Assembly: GCA_001179505.1 (NCBI GenBank)
Contig: CDMY01000164.1
Location: 116,852-180,851 of the forward strand
Source of the DNA: Vitrella brassicaformis CCMP3155
Taxonomy: Eukaryota > Protista > Chromerida
Reading direction: 5' to 3'
Length of the DNA: 64,000 nt
The notes beneath the pieces are model-generated. The model did no database searches and had not been told where the DNA came from. It saw only the letters and a list, made by a program, of their open reading frames with translations. This document shows, piece by piece, positions 11,329-24,076 of this stretch. The translations under genes were made by a program, and so were the position numbers. Numbering within the stretch: position 1 is the first letter of the stretch; each line of letters starts with the position of its first letter.

Positions 11329-13906
11329 TCACGTCGGCCGTGAGTCCATCATCAAGGAGGCGACGGCACTCACCCACTGCCACCCAGCAGATGGCTGAAC
11401 ACACACAGAGAAAAGGATGGGAGAGGCGGACGCACCGTTCATGGTGTGTGTGTGTCTTCCTTCTTTTCCCCTGACCTGCAGTGTGTAGATCTCCAAATCG
11501 GCGAGTGTGAAGTTGAAGCTGGAGGCCAGCCTGGCTTCGCCCTCGTTGGTAATGGTCCCGACGTACTTCTTGTCGGCCGGCAGCTCCTCCTTCTTCACCC
11601 ACACCTGGCAGCTGCGAAGGTCGCCTGTCGGGCGGCGATTGCCGATCCCCAGCCACAGGCGGCCCTTGGCGATGCACACCTTGGCGCATGGCTCACCGTC
11701 CTTGTCCGTCACCGCCCCCTGTCTGCCCGCTACCGCCACGACCTGCGCCTTCTTGGGCAGGTCGATCTTGGTGATGCCGTCGCCCTCGAACGCGCCACGC
11801 ACCGAGAAGAGCGACACAGCGCAGGGGGTCGTCTCCTCGCCAGTGGGGTCGGCGGGCGGAGAGAGTCCGCCCTCGATGTGGGCGGCGATGATGGGGCCGC
11901 TGGGGTCTTTGAGCAGCAGCAGGAGGTCGGTGGCGTCGCCGACATTCTTGAACATGGCCTCGGGCTCCCAGCCGTCACGCTCACCCCTGACACATAGACA
12001 GACACACACCAAAGCAGCAAAAGGATATGATTCACGAGTCACCGACAGCCTCCCTGTGATCGGTGGCTGACTTGTAGAGTAGTTGTGGCGTCGCATCCGT
12101 CATGCCGGTCGCGTCGACGAGTGCTCGGAGGCCATCCGCAGAGAAGATGGGGTCGGCCGACACAGCACTCCACACCTGCACACAGCCAGGAGAAGCATCT
12201 GATGATATCCCTAGCCACTTGTGTGCCCTCTGGTCGGTGCCTCGCTGACAGACCTGGAAAAGCTCCACTCGCTGGACGGCGACGTCGTGGGTCTCAGCAC
12301 CACAGAGGCTCGCGGCCTTGCTGCTGATGGCCTTGCCCACAAAATTTCCTGTTGGCCGGCAGCTCCTTCTTCTCCACCCACTGATAGAAGCGGAGAAGGT
12401 CGTCAGTCGGGCCGCCATGCTCGCCCCGCCCCAGCCACAGACGGCCGTCAGCGATGGCCACCTTGCCCCGTGGCTCACCGTCCTCCTCCGTCACCGCCCC
12501 CTGTGTGCCCGCCACCACCACATGTTGCTCGTCCTGTGGCAGGTCGATCTTGGTGATGCCCTCCTCAAACGCACCGCACACCGAGAAGAGCGACACGGGG
12601 CACTCGAAGGCCAGCTCAGATGTTGGGTCGGCCGGCAGGTGCAGCTTGGTGTCGGCGAAGACTGCAATGGTGTTGGTGTCGTCGCACTTGATGACGAAGA
12701 GGAGGCCGCGGCGCCCCACTACTTGCGGCGCCAGACTCGCATACGACGAACCGTGCAGCGAAGTCCTGACACACACACCACACAGCCAGACGTGCCGACG
12801 AATGCTTAGAGAATGGCGTGATGTCCTTCATTTGTCTGTTCTCACTTGAAGAGGCAGGCCATCTTAGGTTGTTTCTTGCCGATCATGATGAGGAGGGTCT
12901 GCATGACGGCGTTGGCGAGGATGTTGGGGTACATGGCCTCGAGGACGCCGTACATCTCACTCACACGCACCAGCTCATCCTGGTCGGCACACGAGGGCGG
13001 CGGGACAACGGCGCCATCGGGGGAGAGGCGACACCGACGAGCGAAGTCGACGATCCTGAAGACACCAACAGACGAATAGATGAGCTCTTTTGTTGCCTCT
13101 GGTGGTTGTCTGGGTGCTTACAGGTCGACGTGGTGAGCACCCACACCGACGATGGGAGTGCGACCATACCTGCACACAGGACACAGAGGAGAAGGGAAGC
13201 CAATGATCACCACACCTGCCTCTGTCATCTCCTCCTTGCCTTTCTCACTTGGTGAATCGGTCGTTGAGTGTGTCGCAGTCGGCCAGCGTGGCATCGGTGG
13301 TCGCCAGTGTGCGGCCGCCGACAGTCACACTGAGCACCTCCGCCCCTCCTCTGCCGCCCTTTATGGACGACTTGATGAAGGCGCCCATCATGTCCATGAA
13401 GCTGCGGAATGCCGATTGGCTCTGGCTGTCCTCAGTCGGTTTGTCGATGGCGATGGGCGACTCGGCGAAGAATATGTCGTGGTAGAAGGGGATGGGCTGC
13501 ACGGCGTCGAACGTCTTGATCTCGTTGACCCACCCATGCATCAAACGGCAGAGCTTCTCCGACAACCTGACACACACACAACCAACACACACACAACCAA
13601 CACACACACAGAGCAGTGAGTCAATGAGTGAGTGAATGAGTGTCATTGGCTGCATGCTCCCATCGTCCCTCACCATATGAAGTAGAGTGGGTCTGCGTCG
13701 ATGAAGATCGTCCCGTCGGCATCATTGAGCATCCACTCGTCGAACCGGTGCAGCAGCACCGCCACACACGTGCCCCGCAGCCCCTCGCGCAGCAGCATGC
13801 CACTCGGGAACACCATGACATAGCCGCCGACGTTGATCTGCGTCACGCCGCCACTCATGGTGCCTCCTGTGGCCTGGCTGCTGCCGGTCGATGATGACGC
13901 CTGCAT
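11329..13906 (-). CDS. BTB/POZ (T1-type) repeats plus two TLDc-like domains; one apparent +1 frameshift at about 12341-12344
   Basis: QINVGGYVMVF..IFIDADPLYF and LSVTVGGRTLATT are BTB/T1 starts. LLYK/GERDGW and CLFK/TSLHGSSY are TLDc starts. Two homologous domains share the segment SLFSV.GAFE..ITKIDLP..GRLWLG. Confidence 0.8.
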
Positions 13907-14616
13907 GCGGCGAGAGAAGCAGATGAATGACGAGACGATCTCGTGCGCTGCTGGTGCTGGCGACGCAAAGCACTCTCGTGTTGGAGATCAGGGAAGCGAG
14001 AAACAGCCTCTTTGCTTCACGAGTGAAGTTTTGAGCTTGCGCATGCGAGCTTGGATTTCTCGCGCTCTTCCTGACGCTCTCTCTCCTCTCGCTGTGTACT
14101 CCAAGGGCTTGCGGCATCATCAGTCGACTCATCTGGTGTCGCAGATTGGTTGGATATTCATCGCAGAGAGGCCATGGCTGACAGGGCGATGAAGGTGAGC
14201 GAGGCAACAGGGTGAAGCAGTTTGGTTGCAGAGGCACACTGACTGGCTGTGATTGTGTTGTTGTTGCTGTTGTTGCTTGCTGCCTGTCAGACGCAGAGGC
14301 GCGGCTCGGGAGAGGAACGAGATAAGCCTCCTCGATAAAAAGCTCCACTGACAGAGAGGCCATCGTCCACATATTCTCCTCGGCAAATCTCGCTGGTAGG
14401 AGCACATGGTTTATGACGAGAAATCACGCCGTCAGTGATGCATGCTTGTGTGCTCTTCTCGTCAGCCGTGTGTGAGTGACGCCATGGCAGCTCCAGCTTC
14501 ATCTTCATCAGCTGATCCGCCTCAGGCAGAGGTGACTCAGCACAGTAGACACAACAACCCCATGATGTGCAAATGAACTATTCATTCCTTTGGTCGTTCG
14601 TTCGTTTCGTCAAGTG

Positions 14617-17290
14617 ATGGAGCACTCGGCGAGCGGTCGTCACCAGGAGGGCACCCGTGTGGTGCTGCTGTCGAGCACCAAGAGGGCTCCCACCGACGAC
14701 TATGTGTGGGTCACGGCCAGAGTATATCGCATCGACCCACATGTGGTCTACGAGAAGGAGGGCACTCTGCACGAGGGAACGGCGCTCCACATGAGGGAAG
14801 TTGGCGGATGGCGGGAGGAGTTCAAAGTGGTGGTGCCGCACCAGACCGACACGCACACAAACCCGAACCCACAGCCACCCGTGGTAGGTAAACACACCTC
14901 AACAAAAAAATCCCTAAACCACTGCTTGATGCTTCTCTTTGGTGCGTGTCCGTCTGCCTTGCTGCCTATGCGAAGGTGTGGGATGTTAAAAAGAAGGTAC
15001 ACGCACACAAGCAGCGACACACGACACACACAAATGATGTCAGCCACTCTCATGCCGCCTTGTTTCCCTTGGTCATGTGTCTGCCTCAGGCACCTGAACG
15101 CTTCGGCGAAGACATCGTGGCGTCACTGCTTAGCTTCATGACCCCTCGCGAGCTGTCGGCCCTCTTCCCACCCCCTCACAGCACCGAACCTGCAACGAAT
15201 GCGATCCCCGACGAGAAGTCTCGCAGAGAGAAGCCCATACTCAGAGTATCTCGCAAGTCAGTGAGCAGAGGGGAGGGAACTAAATGCCTAGAGCGATGTA
15301 CCCACTTCTTCTCCTCTGTGGTCTTGTCAGCCGTCTCTCATCCGTTGGCGGCTCTGTCGGCACCGATCCACCCCTCCCGGCCATCACATCGTCTCCCGCC
15401 CTGCCGTCGACCAATGGCGGTCCGCTCTGTGCGGGTGCCACCTTCGGACCCCTCAAGAAGGGCGAGACCATGGCGGCATCGAAGGAGGACACAGCCAGCA
15501 GGGTGCTGCCGGGTGCGGCATCGCTCCCCTCTCCGTTTGGCGGACAATCTCTGATCGGCACATCGACGGGAGAGGGGGGCCTGTCGAGTGCTGCGGCAGC
15601 TGCGTCATCAGCCGCAGCCATACCCACACCCAAGCCAAGCACCGACGTGCTCGACGGCCTAAGGGGCGCCCCTTCGCCCGCCTCTTGCGCCGGGCCCACC
15701 ACCACCACCACAGCCCCAATGGACCGCTTCGGTGGCAGCATCTTCGCGCCTGCCAAAGCAGCAACCACATCACAGTCGACAGTCACACCCACCAGCGGTC
15801 CATTCTCGTTCGGCAAGGCATCCACAGGGGGAGGAGGTAGTGATCTGTTTGGTGCCGGAGCAGCGTCAGAAGGTGGCTCTCTCTTCGGCGAAGTCGGGTC
15901 GAGTGGCAGCGGCACTGGCAGAGGGAGTCTGTTTGGCCAGGGAGGGGCTGCCACGGGGACGGGTGCCATATTCGGCCCGTTCGGCGGCAGTATCTCTGCG
16001 GGCACCGGTGAGTGACATCAGGGGGCACCACAGACGTCACCACAGATGGATGGCTGAATGGATGGATCAATCTCCTGCTGGCTGCGTATGTGTGCGGACA
16101 ATCAGGTGTGGCGGCGTCATCTGTCTTCAGTGGAGCGTCATTCTCGACTGGCGACAGCCTGTCTGGCGGTGCGGCCTTCGGGCAGCAACGACCCGGCGGT
16201 GCCGCACATAGCAGCCCCTCCCCCATCTACGCGGCCGCCCTTCACCAGCAGACCCACATCAACATCGACTGCACCACCGATGCCGACCGTCACTTCTGGG
16301 AGAGTATGACGCCTTTGGAGGCCTTCCAGCTCGGCAAGCGACTACCCAACTTGACAGCCCTCAGCCTTGTGCAGCCACAGAGCGACCGGTTGTGGTGTCT
16401 GGACAGCATGATAAGCATCGTGGAGGGCCATGCGGACGGGCGGCGCGAGGCGTGCGTGAAGGAGGGGCAGCACCACACGGCGAAGGGCAGTCTGGAGACC
16501 ATCGACTTCACCACCACCCCCATCAGCACCAGCAGCACCACCAGCAGCGTGAAGCAGCACCGTCCCCCGATCCCTCCTTCATTCGCCGCCCCACGACCGA
16601 CCCTCCATGCGCTCAGGGCCATCACAGGAGTCGTCCAACAGCACAGTGTGCTGGTCCACACGTGCTGGAAGATGCCTCCACTCGAGTATGTCGATCAGGA
16701 GGGGTGGGATGCCGACGAGCTGGGCCGATTCATCAGGTCGTCCTCCTCGGTGAAAGAGGTGGGGGGCTGTCGGTGGACCTGGGGGGAGTGGGCGACTTTC
16801 CTTGAGCACTTCCCCGTCGCACCTGCTGGGCAGCCAGGGCCGCTCAGACACCTGCAGACCATCGGGATGATTGTCCGTGAGCGTGGCCGGGACACAAATG
16901 AGAAGCAACTGGCAGGAGTCAGGCGACTGCAGGTAAGCAATCATCACACAGCAGAGGGCTCATCCATGCGTGCACAAACGAATTGGTCCTCTCTTTCTTT
17001 CTAGGATGTGCTCACGTCGCGTGGCTGCCGCAAGTCACTGACACGGCTGGACGTGCAGATCCGATCGTTTGAGAGCCACGACAGTCTCTCTGCCCTGCTC
17101 GCTGTCGATGACTTGATCAACAACTGCTGCGTGTCGCCGGACGTGCCCATCTCTGTGAGATCGTCTGGCAGCTACTTCGACATGTCCCTCTTCTACGCCG
17201 ACTCATTCCCCCCTCGCCCCTCCCCCTTCATCAGGACGGCCATCCAGGAGGCGGCACGGCAGGCGAAGATGGTGTTCTACACCATTAGTC
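14617..17290 (+). pseudogene. lineage-specific family gene (F-box-like motif, FG-rich low-complexity exon 15331-16007), 3'-truncated at about 17290
   Basis: Multi-exon frame from ATG 14617 with F-box-like PERFGEDIVASLLSFMTPRELSAL. It is homologous to the gene at 1-1285 until AIQEAARQAKMVFYTIS, after which the sequence becomes a repeat also found at 20173-20220. Confidence 0.7.
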
Positions 17291-17949
17291 TGTTGAAGTT
17301 GCTGTGTGCCGAACACACACCGTGGTCAGAAGGATCAGACGGAGCCCTCGAATCTCGCCTTCATTTCGCCCTCACGCCAACAGCATCACACAGAGGTCCG
17401 CATCAGAGTCCACATCATCAAGAGCACGGCAAAGAACAGACAGAGTCCGGGCTATATACAACCGGGAAAAACCTTGCTGGTGACGGGCACGCTATCGTCT
17501 CCCAGCGCCAGGGTGGAGATGGCAGGCACATCTCCCTCCGCTTCAGCAGCACTGCTCTACTCGTACGCTACTGTGCGGCGACAGGCACGTCCTCTCTCAT
17601 CAGTGGCTCATCAGCAAAGAACTGCGCAAGCAGAGGCAGCGAGGGGCGAGAGGAAGAACAGCAAAGAAAAGCCAGGCAGCATCGCAGAGCGTTGGGCAAC
17701 GGTCACACAAAACAACGCACACAAAGCTCGCCAACTTAACATAGTCTTGGTGGATTATAAGGTCGGCTGGAGTGTGTGGCTGCTTTTCTGGTTTTCCTGC
17801 CATACCCCCGCGCTCTTGAGCCGTCCAGGTATAAAGCGCTGTTGCTGCTCACAGATGCCACAGAGAACTCTACGCCATTGTTGGCGGTGCAGCTGCCAAG
17901 GGATCCGTAGGAGCTTATTTACTCTGACAGCGACTTGGATCACGTGAAT

Positions 17950-20900
17950 GTGAAGTGTATGTGCATGTAAGCGGAAGCTGTGTCTTGTAGGGCCTTGCTG
18001 CATCCTTCCGCATCGGTCTCTTCGGAAAAAGACAGATTCTGCACAGTTTTTTCACACACGGATATCGTCGGGAGGCGAACCGGAGCAGGGATTTTCCTTG
18101 CTGAGCCTTGCTGAGGATACCTTTCTGAGGATACGGATGTCTCGGTTCTTGCGGGTCTCTTCCTGGGAGGATTCCGTCGATGGGAATAGACGCCTCGCAG
18201 AAGGCAAGGATCGCTTTGGTAGGGGGAACGTTTTCGAGCTGCCTGCCTGGTCTGATGTTGCAATGAGCGATCTGCTGGAGCATGCACGGTTGGCGGCCTT
18301 GTAGTTCACGGCTGGCCGCGATTTTGTTCGTGTCGCAACTGACGCTGCCTGGATTTCATCTCTCGGCCGATGTCTGTTCATTCATGGATGTTCTTATCAA
18401 TCCACGTGCCGTACACTCGCCGACGCATCCATTGACCCTTTCCTCATGTACAGTCCGGCCGTCGTTTCTTTGTTGATATGTCTCACATATTCGAGAACGG
18501 ATTTCGAAGCCGAGGCAGCGCAGCCTTGCAAAGGCTCTCCCTGTTGGTTCATCAAAGTGTCGGCTTTCCGTCAAACCTCCACTTTCTCTCCTTGTTAGGC
18601 CTTTCTTTCGTGAAGTGCATAGGCCTTTACACAAATAGGCAGAGCATCTTTCTCCCTCTCTGCAAACCCCAATCATCGCAACAAGCCGTGTCTCAGAGTG
18701 TCTCAGCCGACTCTGTAGTTAGTCACACCATGTGTGTGACTGACAGAACTGAGATCGTGGTACGGTAGAAGACACTTGGCACTTGACAACGACACACAAA
18801 GAAAGGCTCAGGCAGAGAACACTGTGCACCCAGCGTTTTTGACATGGCTCTGGCCGGGGGTGGCACTCAAACGGAGGCCGAGCGGAAGCACATGCATGGT
18901 CCAAAAGAGCAGAGCGGCATGAAGTAACCCCTGACGGTGATCCACACGCTTCAAATCCACAGAGCTGGGGGAAGAAGAAAGCGAATTCATCCCGATTCAG
19001 GCAGACCTAACAGAGTGGTGTGCTGCCGATGACAAACAGCTGATGGAACATCTGACCTGTTCGAAATGGAGGCTCAATTTTGAAGCGATAAGGATATAGC
19101 CGATGGCCAACAAGAAGGCAGTACCGTCTTGAGAAGATCTACATGAAAGACTGGCAACTGAGCCCCTCGAGGTGGTGCGGCTGCTGGACGCCGGCATGTA
19201 GTGTACCCCCGGGCTCTCGAACTCCTCCACGTGAGACCACCGACTAGCAGCAACCAATGGCGGTCGTCTACCCACGCCCATTTTAAGGGGGCCGTTTGAT
19301 GGGATGCACGCTACAGAGATAGCATTTCGTCGATGCACTGAAGACACTTTCTGATGAAAAGACACTCACGATTTCAATCGACAAGCACAAAGACAGGCAA
19401 GCACAAACACACAAACACACGTACGAGTCACACACTTAGCCCTACTTAGCCCAGTGACCATGGATTGGTTTGCGTGTGGCTTGGGTCGACACAACTGTGC
19501 AAACTTTGAGTGGCTAGTCCTCGATGGTCGCTTGCGTGCCGACAGAGCTGGGAGAGGTGGATCATGATTTGATACGTTCGTGTATTTAGGCGCACGTGTT
19601 TAGGCGGCTGTGTAAAAATTCGGTGGCTTTGAGCGATGGCCGCTTGTGTGAACACAGCATAGCGAGATGTATCACGCATTGACACAATCGTGGTGATGGA
19701 GGATCGCAGCTATGTCAACTTTCGGTGGCTGGTTCCCTTTCTCAAAACGGCGCAGGGCCATGGCCGCTGGCGTGCAGACACAACATGACGAAATGTATCA
19801 GACATACATGCTTTTGCATCGAAAGCATCACAGTCCCGTGAGAAATCAGCAGAAAACGCCGAATTCCGTGGAATCGACACCAGTTTTCGCCACTTTTTGC
19901 GCCAACGAGAGAACGCAATGCAATTGGAAGCAAACTCGTCTCTCGCAGTGTCCGTGCGCATATATTTCATCAACCAGACCTTAATACGTGTGCAAGGCGA
20001 TTCCGGTTGAGTTGGCGATGAGCAAGTTTTCAGCGGCTATGGTCTCGTTTGCGGGGGCGAAGAGCGACGGCCGTTCGCGTGCGAACAGAGCGAAGAGCAG
20101 TGTGCAGTGTGCCGTGGACAATATATTGTTTGGCTTGGGTTGATGGCCGTGTAAACTTTCGCCCTGCTTCTTTGTTGAAGTTGCTGTGTGCCGGAACACA
20201 CACCGTGGTCAGAAGGATCAATCTCTGCCGTACAAGCCTTTACGCAAGGCACGCAACGCACGAGTCCATCATGGGCATGGCCAGCCCGCCAAGCAAGACA
20301 CGCACGAGAGCTGCCAACGGTCACCGGGAAAGCACGAAATAGAGAGACAGGTCTGCAACCCTGCTATCAAAACCCAACATTCTTTACGACGAAACGAAAA
20401 GCCATTAGCGCTTGCGTGTGAACACAGCGTAGCGAAATGTATCATGCATTGACACAATTGTGGTGATTTGGGTTGACGGCAGCGTCATCTTTTCGGTGGC
20501 TGGTCACCCCGTTGAAGCCTCCTCCCTTTGATTTGAGTTCTTTTTAAATTACTCCCCTGAATTTAATTTTATTTGAGATTTTTTGAAATTACTCCTTTGA
20601 TTTTTTGAGGGGTTTGCGAAGTTTTAAAATGGAGATGGCTGGTTTGGAGGCGGCGTAGTGAAGAGGGTTTAAACGTGGCTAAGACAAGCCTCAAAATAGC
20701 CTTTCCTGCCCCCCTTCTAAATATTTTTCGCCGGTTTGCCGGTCTTAAAATGTTTTTCGGCACATTTAGGACGTTTTAAAAATTGCTCGATCAGAAGAGG
20801 AGGCTTCAACGGGGTGTGGCTGGTTCTCGTTTTCCACAGAAGGCAGAGGGATGGCCGCTTGCGTGAGGACAGAGCAGAGGGAGGAGCACTCACACACAGA

Positions 20901-20990
20901 CTTGCGCGTCAAACCCACCAGAAACCCGAGAGAAAACAGCCAGAAACCGATTTTCCGGGTTTTTTGCCGTCGTTTTTCGCGACGATACAC
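17950..20990. repeat. left arm of a long degenerate inverted repeat (partner 25190-28110)
   Basis: Blocks at about 18100, 18350, 19020, 19700, 20050, 20400 and 20850 match, reverse-complemented and in mirror order, blocks at about 28000, 27750, 26120, 25800, 25550, 25350 and 25200. Confidence 0.85.
20505..20816. mobile_element. non-autonomous hAT-like MITE (312 bp), 20-bp perfect TIRs, 8-bp TSD TGGCTGGT
   Basis: TIR CACCCCGTTGAAGCCTCCTC at 20505-20524 and its reverse complement at 20797-20816. TSD at 20497-20504 and 20817-20824. The empty site (single copy) is in the opposite arm at 25338-25345. Confidence 0.9.
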
Positions 20991-22204
20991 AGAATAATGT
21001 CGAGTAAGTGATCATCTGTGCCTAATATATGTCACATTTGAAGCATTCTGAACCCCGGCGGGAAGGTAGGCCGGGATGCACAGCTCTAATCTGTTTCCTT
21101 TTCTGATGCGTGTCACGACCCAAGTTGAAGTATGCCTGCGTCAAAAACCGCAAGTATACTTTAGCATTCAAAAAACTGCCACAAACCGGTGTTTTCTGAT
21201 GCCAGCATTACTCATGAACTAAAGACGCTGAGATCTCCTGCTTGTGGGCATACCTACTACCACATATGTATACAGCGAAAACCCTGGCGTCTCGTTATCT
21301 TCGAATCTCGTGTGCCACGGGCTGGCTGGCCTAAAACGACCGGGCTTTTTGGTCAGTGCACTCTCATGGCGTACCCTTTCATGGCCGCGCAAAATGGTGC
21401 ACTTTTTTTGCGCCGGCGAGCGCTCGTCAAGATACGAAGCAACTGATTGAGGAGCCTTCTGAGACACGGCTAAGCGAGAAACAGAGGTGCTTTCCTTACT
21501 GGTGATGAAGGCTGCAAAAGGAGAGACAGAAAACTCGAGGCCAGGAAGAAGGGCTGTCCATGGCTGAGTTGTGTGGTATTACGTCGTGTAATAAGAGCGT
21601 CGCTCTGGTTGCATTTCTCTAAGACTTCCCGCGGCTCACTTGTGCTTTGATGGACAATGACACTCGTTCCGGACAAAAGTGTTCGTTGCGTTTCTTTTCG
21701 GCGTGGAGTTTGGAGGCTCTCTTGGTTGATTGAAGCTTTTGTGTCCCAAACAATCGAGGCTAGGTTAGGGCAAATGTCTTGTCAGAATGATATCTCGCGG
21801 CGATCAGGGGGAGCCCAGCTGTGTATGTTAGTACGCGTGTGCGAAATGCTGCCTGCGGTAGATGGATGTCGTCTGAGAGAGAGGCGGACCCCATGGATCC
21901 GGATGCACCTTGCAGAACGGTCCTTGCTGGAGCCCTGCCGTTGATACGGACAGACGGTGTCTCCCTCGTCCAGCCCTCGTCCCAGGGATACGCCCTCGCT
22001 AAGGGAATCTTTCGAAATAGCTACAAGGATTGCTCTGGCGGAGACCGCTTGGGGGCGGATTCAAGGAGGTCCAGGGGGGCTTCCCGTGCATAAAACACGC
22101 TCGCCGTTACAGTGCAGATAAATAAGTCAAAGTCCGTGAATGGATGCGTTGAAATGAAAGGGGGACGACCAGACCGTGAATCGCAACTTACGAGCCGCAT
22201 TCCG

Positions 22205-23141
22205 ATGATGAAATTCATCTTCTCAATGGCACAGGCAGTACTCGTCCTTCTTCTGGTGTGGTTTGCTGGATTCTCCGCAGGGCGATGTATGCGCGCGTCA
22301 GGCAAGAACGTGACACTGTCCCGCCACCTGCAAACCAGTCTCACCGCTTCACGGGAGGCTTCGCATGAGGGGCTGACAAATTGCAAACAACCAGGTTTAT
22401 TGACTACACAGAAGAAACGAGGACGGAATGCCCGCCTGTCGTGCAGGCCTCTTTGCGCTGACATTTGACGACGCACCAACCGACAACTTCGAGCGGATGT
22501 TGGATGTGTTGAAAGACCATCACGTGAGAGCAACTTTGTTTGTCGTTGGGGAATACCTCCGTGACCCTGAATCTGTTTCGCTGCTGAAGCGCGCCGAAGA
22601 GGAAGGTAAGAGACCAAGGAAACCAACATGCGCGCATTTTGCCTGTGCGTCCTGGAAGGACATGTGATCGAGAACCATTCATGGGACCATTCCCGTCTCT
22701 CCGAGTTGAGCGATGATGAGATCCGACGTCAAATCGAACGGACCGAGAAAATCTTCCATGAGCAACTGGGACATGGGAGCCGGTATATTCGAGCGCCATA
22801 GTGAGCTCATAATCTCTTCTTTCAGCCAGAGTACTATGTCCCGTGACTCTCTGTGTCCTTTCAGTGGGGACTGTGGCAATTTGATTCCAATAGCCGATGA
22901 ATACGAATTGACAGTTGTCGGCTGGTCTGTCGACTTGGATGTGAAGTCGAAAGAAGATCGTGGCACAGTGGAATCTCGGCTTTCTGATGCTGAAGATGTT
23001 ACGTCCTCGCAGATCTGCCTGATGCACGATTCAACCCATATGTTGGAGACGAAATCTATCGACGCACTCCCGGAAATTATCCAGCTTGTCCATGACAAAG
23101 GATATAAGTTTGTGACCCTAGAGGAATGTCTCAAAGGCTAA
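22205..23141 (+). CDS. secreted polysaccharide deacetylase (CE4/NodB homology, chitin-deacetylase-like); exons 22205-22394, 22447-22605, 22659-22800, 22865-23141
   Basis: Signal-peptide-like AQAVLVLLLVWFAGFSAG, then CKQPG/LFALTFDDAP (motif 1), NHSWDH (motif 2), RAPYG (motif 3), LMHD (motif 5) and C-terminal GYKFVTLEECL. Three phase-consistent GT-AG introns. Confidence 0.92.
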
Positions 23142-23632
23142 GGGCTTCCAACAGAGAGACACAACATGTTCTCTTTCTGTTTGCAATGTCATGAGAGAAG
23201 GAAAGAAAAATCTTAAGAACTTAAACGCATACTTTAACTTTGTCAGGACACGCATTCAGGAAAAAGACTAGAGCTGTCGTGAAATACGGATGCAGAGTTT
23301 TTGTCGTTCTCGACAAAGTTCAATCCTAAATTAGTGGGTGGAAGTCCAAACCGCTCGAATCTGAGCCCCTCGTGAAGGAACAGTCCGTCTGTCTCTCAAT
23401 CATTCATTTTCCGAAGAGACTTGATATTGACATAATGTATCTCACAACGATTCCCGCCATCTACTCATGCCCATCTATCGCCCTGTTGGAAAGCCTCATA
23501 TCCATCCACCCTTCTCTACTATCTACGCATCGAAATCCCAGTCTGGCTGGTCAGTGTGTTGGTCGCAATTCCATCTACATCCACTAATCTACACCATACT
23601 CTGTCTGCTCCGACTCGGAGATGCGCCCCCAC

Positions 23633-23670
23633 CACCCCGTGGGCCTCCTCCCTTGGATTTGCAACGGTTC
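23633..23670 (+). mobile_element. degenerate left terminus of the hAT-like family
   Basis: CACCCCGTGGGCCTCCTCCCTTGGATTTGCAA resembles the termini at 20505 and 58792. Confidence 0.6.
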
Positions 23671-23776
23671 CTTGTGCGGCGTGTAGTACTGCAGAAACTT
23701 GCGCGATGCTACTGGGCGGGATCGGTTCCTCCTCCGCTTGAGCCCCTTTGACTCTGCGTGCTCATGGGACTGTATT

Positions 23777-24076
23777 NNNNNNNNNNNNNNNNNNNNNNNN
23801 NNNNNNNNNNNNNNNNNNNNNNNNNNNNNNNNNNNNNNNNNNNNNNNNNNNNNNNNNNNNNNNNNNNNNNNNNNNNNNNNNNNNNNNNNNNNNNNNNNNN
23901 NNNNNNNNNNNNNNNNNNNNNNNNNNNNNNNNNNNNNNNNNNNNNNNNNNNNNNNNNNNNNNNNNNNNNNNNNNNNNNNNNNNNNNNNNNNNNNNNNNNN
24001 NNNNNNNNNNNNNNNNNNNNNNNNNNNNNNNNNNNNNNNNNNNNNNNNNNNNNNNNNNNNNNNNNNNNNNNNNNNN
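23777..24076. other. assembly gap (300 N)
   Basis: Run of N. Confidence 1.

Noticed and set aside
15331-16007. Calling the FG-rich ORF a bona fide nucleoporin
   Set aside because: No Nup structural domain is present, and the exon splices into a different family protein.
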